From positions 5,239 through 69,238 of the IMG/VR virus record IMGVR_UViG_3300032227_000976: a stretch of DNA of 64,000 nt, one strand, 5' to 3'. Of the stretch, positions 17,855-25,211 are shown piece by piece. Numbering within the stretch: the stretch's first letter is position 1; each line of letters opens with the position of its first letter. The DNA comes from a virus (Duplodnaviria; Caudoviricetes). The notes beneath the pieces were generated by a model. The model saw nothing but the letters and a program-made list of their open reading frames with translations. It had not been told where the DNA came from and made no database searches. A program made the translations under genes and the position numbers.

Positions 17855-20800
17855 CGGTGTCGATTGATTCGTACGCAAATCCTCGGGAGGCCGAGGATCG
17901 CAGACGGGCGTTGAAGCACATCGCTGTGGGTGGCGTGATCACGGGTGGCGCTGCGGCAGCCGAGTATGGGCTGGATCGCCGGTTGAAGGCAAAGGGCGCG
18001 AAGGGCCCGTTTATTTCGGCAGTGAATCGCACGTTCAAGCCGAAGACGCATGGCCCTCATATTGCGGGACGCCTCGCGACCCGTTCACTGTCAGCGACTG
18101 GCTTGCCGGTTATGGCGTATGGGTTGTGGAATATCGCGAACCCGAAGGACGAGGTCGAGGACTTGGATTTCAATCGTCATGTGGTGCGCCCGGCGGTGGA
18201 TCACGTGACGTTGCGCGATCAGCGGAACAAGTTGAAGACGCTTCGCAAGTCGCTGACGCAGGGTGAGCAGGACTCGCTGGTGCGTCGTAAGGAGCGCGGC
18301 ACTCGGATCAGTCATGCGGCCGGCGGGCTTGGTGTGGCGGCGTTGGCGTTGCGTGCCCCGCAAGCAGCGAAGTTTGCGTTGAAGCGCTCTGAGCGGGCGT
18401 GGAAGTTACGCCCGGTGCTGCGTGCGGCTATGTCGGAGCCGAAGGCGACGGCGGCGTCGAACACTCTTGGTGTGGCGTCGATTGGCACGGGGTCGATCGG
18501 GTCGTTCAACTATGCGGCGCAGCAGAAGCTTGAGGCGAAGCAGGTGAAGAAGTCTTTGCCTGCTGCTTTTCGTGGCAAGACTTTGACCGAACTGAATAGT
18601 CGCGGTCCTGCCGGTGAGTACATGGCGGCTCGCAGGGCGGCAAACAATTACGGACGCGTGGCGGCTAGGTCGCTTCAGGACAGTTCGGTTCCGCTTGGGC
18701 TGGTGCAGTCAGGGATCGCAAGCGGCAGTGTTGCTCGTGTTCGCTCGCGCGCTCGGCTAACTCATCCCAAGCTGAAGCGGTCACGCGTCAAGAAGTCCCT
18801 GTATGACGGCATGGTGAAGGGCATCGGCCGGGTGCGCGTGGTGGAGCGTTCGAAGCCGGGGTACGTGACGGTGGTCGATTCTCGGGACACACGCCGGTTC
18901 ATGCCGGAGTCGCGGGTGACGCCTGTGCGCAAGCCGAGACCGGTTGAGGTTGATAAGCCGTCAGTGGCGCAAGGTGAGCAGTTGACGTTGTTCAAGTCTG
19001 ACCGGTTCCTTCGGGACTACGGCGACCGGATCAGTACGAAGGCGGAGTCGGGCTACAAGTACTTGAAGGACGGCCGCGACCAGCGCCGGGTCAACGCAGG
19101 GATTGGCGCTACGGTGTCGGGCTTGTCTGGGGCGATGGCGTATTCAGCGGCTCGTGGCCGTCGTTTCGGCTGGGCTGGCGGCCATGGCGCGCTCGCTGGC
19201 CTATCTGCTGTGAGCACAGTGAGAAGTGCCCGTGAGGCGGGCCGCTGGGATGCGCGGATGGGGAAGATAAAGGCGAAGGCGATGGAGCGTGCCGCTGCCG
19301 GTGAGTATGGCCGCGACCGAGTGGTGGTGAAGGCGGATGAGCGCAAGGGGGATGACAAGCGCGGTGCGTTCGCTGCTGGTGCCGGTTTGGGCGCTGCGGC
19401 GATCGCTGGTATTCCGCTGCCGATGCGTCTTCCTGTAAATAGGGAAGCATCAAGGGGGATCGCGGGCAGGCTGGATGGCGCTGACTCTGGTCGAGCCTCA
19501 GTGAGGGATGTGCGCGGCGTCGCGACGGGCGAGGGAACTCGCTGGGCTGCAAGCATTAACCAGGACCGTCTTGCGGCATCAATGGCTGACCGTCGTGAGG
19601 CTGGCAAGCCTGCGCAGGACCCGGGACGTCCCGTGCGTCTACGGCGTGCCCCTGACGGGAGCATGCGGGTCATCGATGGCCATCACCGGATTAAGGCGTT
19701 GATGGACTTGGGCGAGAAGGACGTGGATGTTCGGGTGGAGCATTCGGGCCGCTCGCATCGGACGTGGGTGCCGCTTGCTCAGCGGGCGAAGTATTTGAGG
19801 GATGTGAGCCGTGCCCGTGAGTTCACCGGCCAGCGTGACCTTGGGGAGATACGGGCGAATGCGGCCCGCCCGATCCCACGTGCGGCGCGGGTAGGGAACC
19901 GGTTGCGGTCGCGCGCTGAGCGTGGCGCGCTGGCGTTGCGCCGCCCGGCTGGTGTGGCCGGGCTTGCTGCGGCTGCCGGTGTGGCGACAGGCGGCGTGGT
20001 GGCGCATCGGATGGCGAACCGGAAGAAGGTGGAGAAGTCGTTCACTTATGACAGCAAGGGGCGTCCGAATGGTGCGATCCCGGTGTCGCAGATGTCGGTC
20101 GAGCAGCGCGGGTTGTTGCGGGAGCAGGCCGAACGGATGGCGCGTACCCGTAAGGAGAAGGGCGCAAAGTTCCCGGGATTGAAGCCGCTGGTGGAGCGTG
20201 GGGTTCGGGCGCAGCGTCCGGCGACGTCTCGTGCGGAGCAGTCGGCGAAGTATCGGGCGACACGTATTGAGCGCCGTCATGGGGAGGCTCTTGCGGAGAA
20301 TGCGTCCCGGTCTGCGAACGCGTTGAAGCGGCGCAGTCTGGTCGCACCAAGCCAGTTGGGTAAATGGGGCGCTGGGCTCGCACTTGCTGGTGGAGGCGCG
20401 GCGATGCTCGCTGCGCGCGGCAATGACAAGGAACGGGCCGGGGGCAAGGCTGGTGATGCGGTGATCGCCGCTGGGGCTGGTCTGGGGGCTCGGGAAGCGG
20501 TGATGGGTGCTGGTGGCTGGGCGACGAAGCGCAGCATTGAACGGTATCGGGAGCGCAAGCTGCGTAACCCTGAGGCGAAGGCCGCGTACAACCGGGACTG
20601 GAAGGCGTTCCAGGAGCGCGAGGGGTTCAAGCAGTTCGGGGTGAAGCATCCGGGGGACCGCATCGACATGACGAACCATGACACGCAGGTCCGGGTGGGC
20701 CGCCGGTATCCGACGTCTATCCCTGGTGGTCGCGCTGCTCGCGCACTGGCGTGGAAGAACTCCCGTCAGGTGTCGTGGGGCTCAAAGATTGGAGTCCCGA

Positions 20801-20967
20801 TTGCTGCCGCGTCGCTGGCACTGTCGAGTGGGCAACCCGTGGAAAAGGCCCTTATCCCAAGGTTGCCGAGATTGGGCAGCCGGATCGCACGCCCGTCGAT
20901 TCGCAGCAGCTACGTGGGCACAAGCGCCCGCGGCAGGAAGTTCACCGTTCGTGGAACGGTCAGGTAG
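17851..20967 (+). CDS. Large modular basic Ala/Gly-rich protein (about 1038 aa) containing a ParB/Srx-like domain
   Basis: Seven hydrophobic-x-K|(S/A) junctions, many GxxxG segments, and PVRL...RVIDGHHRIKAL..LG ParB-like motif. Confidence 0.85.
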   Translation: MTVSIDSYANPREAEDRRRALKHIAVGGVITGGAAAAEYGLDRRLKAKGAKGPFISAVNRTFKPKTHGPHIAGRLATRSLSATGLPVMAYGLWNIANPKDEVEDLDFNRHVVRPAVDHVTLRDQRNKLKTLRKSLTQGEQDSLVRRKERGTRISHAAGGLGVAALALRAPQAAKFALKRSERAWKLRPVLRAAMSEPKATAASNTLGVASIGTGSIGSFNYAAQQKLEAKQVKKSLPAAFRGKTLTELNSRGPAGEYMAARRAANNYGRVAARSLQDSSVPLGLVQSGIASGSVARVRSRARLTHPKLKRSRVKKSLYDGMVKGIGRVRVVERSKPGYVTVVDSRDTRRFMPESRVTPVRKPRPVEVDKPSVAQGEQLTLFKSDRFLRDYGDRISTKAESGYKYLKDGRDQRRVNAGIGATVSGLSGAMAYSAARGRRFGWAGGHGALAGLSAVSTVRSAREAGRWDARMGKIKAKAMERAAAGEYGRDRVVVKADERKGDDKRGAFAAGAGLGAAAIAGIPLPMRLPVNREASRGIAGRLDGADSGRASVRDVRGVATGEGTRWAASINQDRLAASMADRREAGKPAQDPGRPVRLRRAPDGSMRVIDGHHRIKALMDLGEKDVDVRVEHSGRSHRTWVPLAQRAKYLRDVSRAREFTGQRDLGEIRANAARPIPRAARVGNRLRSRAERGALALRRPAGVAGLAAAAGVATGGVVAHRMANRKKVEKSFTYDSKGRPNGAIPVSQMSVEQRGLLREQAERMARTRKEKGAKFPGLKPLVERGVRAQRPATSRAEQSAKYRATRIERRHGEALAENASRSANALKRRSLVAPSQLGKWGAGLALAGGGAAMLAARGNDKERAGGKAGDAVIAAGAGLGAREAVMGAGGWATKRSIERYRERKLRNPEAKAAYNRDWKAFQEREGFKQFGVKHPGDRIDMTNHDTQVRVGRRYPTSIPGGRAARALAWKNSRQVSWGSKIGVPIAAASLALSSGQPVEKALIPRLPRLGSRIARPSIRSSYVGTSARGRKFTVRGTVR

Positions 20968-20976
20968 GGAGACGAC

Positions 20977-23900
20977 ATGGCAGTGATGAGCGTGCTGGAG
21001 ACGATCACCAGGAACGATGAGGCGGCTGGCTGTTTCCTCATCGATACGGTCGTGTACGACTATCTGGCTGACGTCGCGAAAGCGCATGAGGATGACTTGC
21101 GTGAGGTGTACTCGCTGTGGTCGCTGGACCGTGTGCAGGTCGCGAAGCGAGCTCTGGGCCGCAGGTATGTGTCGGACATGGTGTCGGGGGAGTACCCGGG
21201 CGATGACGTGTTGGGGATGTCGGATTGGCTGTCTGGCATTGAGCGTTTCGTGTCTGCTGCTTCCGTGTCGAAGGCTTTCGAGTATTTCAACATTGATGGC
21301 AACCGGGTGCGCCGTGACGTGAACCGTGATTCGCGTGGCCAGTTCGCTCGTGGTGTGAACCAGAACAAGACGACGAAGTTGCGTGATGTGGCGGGCCAGC
21401 CGGATCGGATCAGCCCGACGTTGAAGGGGTATTTCGACGGGAACCTCGTGCCGCGCGATGGACTTGATCCTGATGAGTTGAAGGGCGCGGAGCGTCATCA
21501 GGGCCAGTGGGATCAGGTGAACCGGATCGTCTCGGGGTTTTCCCGTGATTTCAAGGGCTCGGAGAAGTCTGTTGATGTCTTGCTGACGGTGCAGGATTCG
21601 GAGTCGGGCGATATCCGCGAGGTCGGATTCCCGCTGTCTCGGTTCAACCGGAGGGACGGTGATTCTCCGGAGCATTCGCTTCCTGACTTGCGGGATTTGA
21701 AGCCGTTGACGAACGAGTCGATCATGTCGGTTCGGATTGAGCCGAATAGGAACGCGTCGGACGCGGACGTGGCGCGGTTGGTTTCGTACAACTCGTTGGG
21801 GTCTGTCGGCGGTCAGGCGTTGGCGTCGTTGGCGAACGCAGACCCGGCCCGGCTTGAGAACTTGCGTGATGCGCTGCGGATGCCGGGGTCTAGTGACGCT
21901 GCGCCGAAGCCAGGCTTGTCACGCCTGTTCGGTCTGCTTGGGTCTGGCGCGAAGGTGCTGGAGGAGGGCTTCGGCTCGAACAAGGTGACGCAGATGGCGC
22001 GGTTTGTGGGCGCTGTGGGGCCGCAGGCTGAGGAAGTTCTGAGCCCGTACGTGCGCCGCGCCGCGTACCGTTATCGCGGTACGGAGGTGAAGCCATCCAC
22101 GGCGTTGAACCCTGCGACTGCTGACCCGAATATTGAAGCCACGCAGCGGGAACGCGGCCTGACTGGTGATTCGCTTGCCCAGCAGGTGATTGCCGATAAC
22201 GCGAGCTTGTACTTGGCGACGACGTTGCCGAAGGATCCGATCCTCGCGCGCTTGTCGGAGAAGTCAGGGCAGGTGTTGCCGAGTCGCGGGGCGATCTTTG
22301 ACTCGCAGGGAAGGCCAGTGACGGAGGCTGTCGGGTTCACTGACGACCACTATCTGCCGTTCGATTTGAAGAACCTTGGGTCGTTGCGGGGTGGGCAGTA
22401 TGTGCGGACGCGGGTGACGGGTGGGCTGACTGGCGAGGACGTGTACGCGGCGGTGATGACGGGCGCGAGGAACGTGCAGGTGGTGAGCGAGTCCGGGGTG
22501 TTCACGCTGGAGTTCCAACCGGATTTCCGTGGTGCGCGTGCGAACTCGGACAAGGCGAGGTCGATGTATGACCGGTACTTGAAGATTCTTGATGCTGTCG
22601 ACAAGTCGGGCTTGTACTTGCAAGACCTGCCTCCGCAGAAGATCCGGGAGATCAACCGGATGGCGAGGGATCAAGCGAAATACGGTGGAGATGAGGATGC
22701 GATCCGCGAGGAGTTGACGCAGGCGGCGCGGGACGAGATGGATGATGTCAGTGACACGGAGTTGAAGTCTCTCGCGGCGCAGGCGTTCAAGATCGCCACG
22801 GGTAAGGAAGTCGATCCTGAGAATGCGCTGGCGGAGGGCGCTGCACTGCCGAGCCGTCAGCGTCGTGCGTTCAACGAGTCGTTGGAGGATGCCGAGGCGA
22901 TGGCCCGGTCGTCGAAGGTGAATCGGCTTCGCTTGAACGGTGAGGGCTATGCGACGGCGTTGAAGACGCTGGAGGCGCAGTTCCCGCAGTTCATCCGACG
23001 AACGGATCGCCGTGACTTGTCTGCGCTTGGCAAGGAGGCCGGCCGGGACATGCCAAAGACTCGCAGGCTGCAACAGGACCGTGGATACGTGTCTCCTGGG
23101 GGCTTGCGGGCCGACAAGGTGCGGAGCGGTTTCTACGCCAGTGGATCCATCAACCAGTCGCCTAAGTCTCAAAGTGCCAGAAGTGGTTCAACTCCCGCCA
23201 GCGTGGCTTCTTCGGCCTCTGAAGGCCAGTCTGCTGGAGCAACTGGGCAGGAAACGACCCCGAAGACTGGCGGGGAGACGGATTCACGCCCTGGAGCACC
23301 GGACCCGGCGACGGCACGCGGAGCCGAGCAGCGCTTCATCGCCCGGCAGAAGCAGTTCGATGCGACGTTTAAGAAGAAGGCCGCTGCACTTGGCGGTGAC
23401 CTGTCGCTCATCGTCTCCGACATCGACCCCGAAACCGCCGACTCGTACCAGACGAATGACTTTGAGTCGATGACGACGCCGCAGCGCCGGGCCATGTGGC
23501 TCATCGCGAATATTGAGGGCGATCGAACTGTTCAAGCGCTCACCGATCCGGGGACCCGGGAGGATGCGATCAGTGCGCTGACGACGCCGAAGGTCATCAA
23601 GGCGGCATTTACTCAGCTCATGAAAATCACCGAGGCGTCCGAAGGCGGGATGGTGGACATCGGTGGGGAGCAGATGAGCGTCGATGACGCCGTTGATGCG
23701 TTGTCTGCGCGTGCAGGCGAACTCGCGGAACTGTCCGCAATGGCAGAGCCGTTCGCTGCGTTCCCGACGGACCCGGCGAAGGCCGCATTCCACACTGGGC
23801 TATCTCCGATGAGGATTCCGGAGATCTCTTCCATTGGAAGCGTCGAACAGCTTGAGGCTTACGCTGCGAAGAACCCGGCTGTCGCTAGTGTGGCTGCGGC

Positions 23901-24327
23901 CATGGGCAAGGAACCAATGTCCATGCTTGGCGGGCTCGTCAAGAAGCAGGTCGGCGCGATGGCGAAGGTGTCTGCTGCGAAGGCATCTGGGGTGAGGGGA
24001 ACAGACCCGTCTGTCTACATGACGAAGGACGAGTTTGCGGCAGCGTACCCGGGCCGGGAGTTCACGATCCAGTCGATTCTCGCAGCCGACCCGCAAAAGG
24101 ATGCGATGGACATTCAGCGCGCATGGTCACTGGCCGTCACAGCAAAAGTGTTGCAATCATTGGGGGATGATCTCCCAAAAGATGGAGCGGCCAACAGGCC
24201 GCTGTCGAAGGCGGCAGCCGGGGTGAGGGTTCTGGCCCCGACGGACCCACTGTCGATCGCAGTGGCGGACAGGGTGATGAAGGGCCTGCCCTTCGTTCCG
24301 AGGATGGTATCGACTGGCCTGAGGTAG
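20977..24327 (+). CDS. Large head-module protein (1116 aa) with degenerate JAB-like domain; also the N-terminal part of a predicted -1 frameshift fusion
   Basis: RBS GGGAGA; long uninterrupted ORF; RDSRGQF motif; JAB-like segment near 22260-22512. Confidence 0.85.
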   Translation: MAVMSVLETITRNDEAAGCFLIDTVVYDYLADVAKAHEDDLREVYSLWSLDRVQVAKRALGRRYVSDMVSGEYPGDDVLGMSDWLSGIERFVSAASVSKAFEYFNIDGNRVRRDVNRDSRGQFARGVNQNKTTKLRDVAGQPDRISPTLKGYFDGNLVPRDGLDPDELKGAERHQGQWDQVNRIVSGFSRDFKGSEKSVDVLLTVQDSESGDIREVGFPLSRFNRRDGDSPEHSLPDLRDLKPLTNESIMSVRIEPNRNASDADVARLVSYNSLGSVGGQALASLANADPARLENLRDALRMPGSSDAAPKPGLSRLFGLLGSGAKVLEEGFGSNKVTQMARFVGAVGPQAEEVLSPYVRRAAYRYRGTEVKPSTALNPATADPNIEATQRERGLTGDSLAQQVIADNASLYLATTLPKDPILARLSEKSGQVLPSRGAIFDSQGRPVTEAVGFTDDHYLPFDLKNLGSLRGGQYVRTRVTGGLTGEDVYAAVMTGARNVQVVSESGVFTLEFQPDFRGARANSDKARSMYDRYLKILDAVDKSGLYLQDLPPQKIREINRMARDQAKYGGDEDAIREELTQAARDEMDDVSDTELKSLAAQAFKIATGKEVDPENALAEGAALPSRQRRAFNESLEDAEAMARSSKVNRLRLNGEGYATALKTLEAQFPQFIRRTDRRDLSALGKEAGRDMPKTRRLQQDRGYVSPGGLRADKVRSGFYASGSINQSPKSQSARSGSTPASVASSASEGQSAGATGQETTPKTGGETDSRPGAPDPATARGAEQRFIARQKQFDATFKKKAAALGGDLSLIVSDIDPETADSYQTNDFESMTTPQRRAMWLIANIEGDRTVQALTDPGTREDAISALTTPKVIKAAFTQLMKITEASEGGMVDIGGEQMSVDDAVDALSARAGELAELSAMAEPFAAFPTDPAKAAFHTGLSPMRIPEISSIGSVEQLEAYAAKNPAVASVAAAMGKEPMSMLGGLVKKQVGAMAKVSAAKASGVRGTDPSVYMTKDEFAAAYPGREFTIQSILAADPQKDAMDIQRAWSLAVTAKVLQSLGDDLPKDGAANRPLSKAAAGVRVLAPTDPLSIAVADRVMKGLPFVPRMVSTGLR

Positions 24328-25211
24328 ACAAGGTAAAGGCGCGACTGAACAAACTGACTGGCATGGACTCGGTCGTCGCCCAGATCGACGATCTCATCAA
24401 CGACGTGCAACTTAACCGGGAACGTGAAGAGGCTGGTCTTCCTGTGTCTGATTCGGGACCGGCGAATCTCATCTTCTCCGGGCCTTCCGGGACGGGCAAG
24501 ACGACGATCGCGAACCTCATCGCCCCCTTGTACAACGCACTCGGTATCACGCCATCGTCGAAGATCGTCTCGGTGAACCCAGCCGACCTGTACGGATCGT
24601 TCCTCGGAGTGACGCAGGAAAAGGTCCAGCAGGCGTTCAAGAAAGCGAAGGGCGGTGTCCTGTTCATTGACGAGGCGTACGGCCTCGTTACTCAAGACGG
24701 CGGCAACCGCGACATGTACGGCTTGCAGGCGCTGGCAGTCATGGCATCGGAGATGACCAAGAACCCTGACACTGTCGTGATTCTCGCTGGATACGAGAAG
24801 GACCTGAAGGAGATGCTGTCGAACAATGAGGGCATGCCTCGCCGGTTCCAGCGGGTCATCAACTTCAAGGACTTCGACCAGGACGAACGGTTCGACATCC
24901 TGCTTGGCGTGCTCGATGAGGGCAAGTACAAGCTCGCATCCCCTGAACTCATGGATGCCCTTGAGGATTCGGTGTTGGACACAGGCGGCGGTAATGCCGG
25001 TGACGTGCAGAACCTCGCAGCCGAGATCCTTGCCGCGCAAAAGCAGCGCCTGTCCAGTGAGAAGCCGGCAGCAGACCGCAAGGCGCAACTCGCGACGATC
25101 ACGGCTGCGGACATCAAGGCCGGGTCAAAGCGGTACCGCGAGATGGGGTCAGCGACTAATCCGCTGCGGGGTGCGTTGGTGCCGACGAGCCGGAAGCGCA
25201 AGACCGCATGA
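24171..25211 (+). CDS. AAA+ ATPase of the CbbX/SpoVK/EccA family (likely expressed as the -1 frameshift C-terminus)
   Basis: ARLNKLTGMDSVVAQI; NLIFSGPSGTGKTTIA; DLYGSFLGVT; GGVLFIDEAYGL; VILAGYEK; NEGMPRRF; GNAGDVQN. Confidence 0.9.
   Translation, partial: SPKRWSGQQAAVEGGSRGEGSGPDGPTVDRSGGQGDEGPALRSEDGIDWPEVDKVKARLNKLTGMDSVVAQIDDLINDVQLNREREEAGLPVSDSGPANLIFSGPSGTGKTTIANLIAPLYNALGITPSSKIVSVNPADLYGSFLGVTQEKVQQAFKKAKGGVLFIDEAYGLVTQDGGNRDMYGLQALAVMASEMTKNPDTVVILAGYEKDLKEMLSNNEGMPRRFQRVINFKDFDQDERFDILLGVLDEGKYKLASPELMDALEDSVLDTGGGNAGDVQNLAAEILAAQKQRLSSEKPAADRKAQLATITAADIKAGSKRYREMGSATNPLRGALVPTSRKRKTA
24174..24203 (+). other. Predicted -1 programmed ribosomal frameshift signal (C CCA AAA + hairpin)
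   Basis: Heptamer 24174-24180 is in frame with the upstream ORF; spacer GATGG; stem AGCGGCC-AACA-GGCCGCT (24186-24203). The -1 frame opens after TGA 24168-24170 and runs into the ATPase. Confidence 0.8.

Noticed and set aside
24363-25211. ATPase as an independent 282-aa gene starting at Met 24363
   Set aside because: No RBS, and family-conserved residues (ARLNKLTG) lie upstream in frame. The frameshift model explains this better, though low-level internal initiation is not excluded.
24171-25211. ESX/type VII secretion locus implied by the EccA-like ATPase
   Set aside because: No EccB/C/D, mycosin, WXG100 or FtsK-domain genes in the window, and the ATPase lacks the EccA TPR domain.
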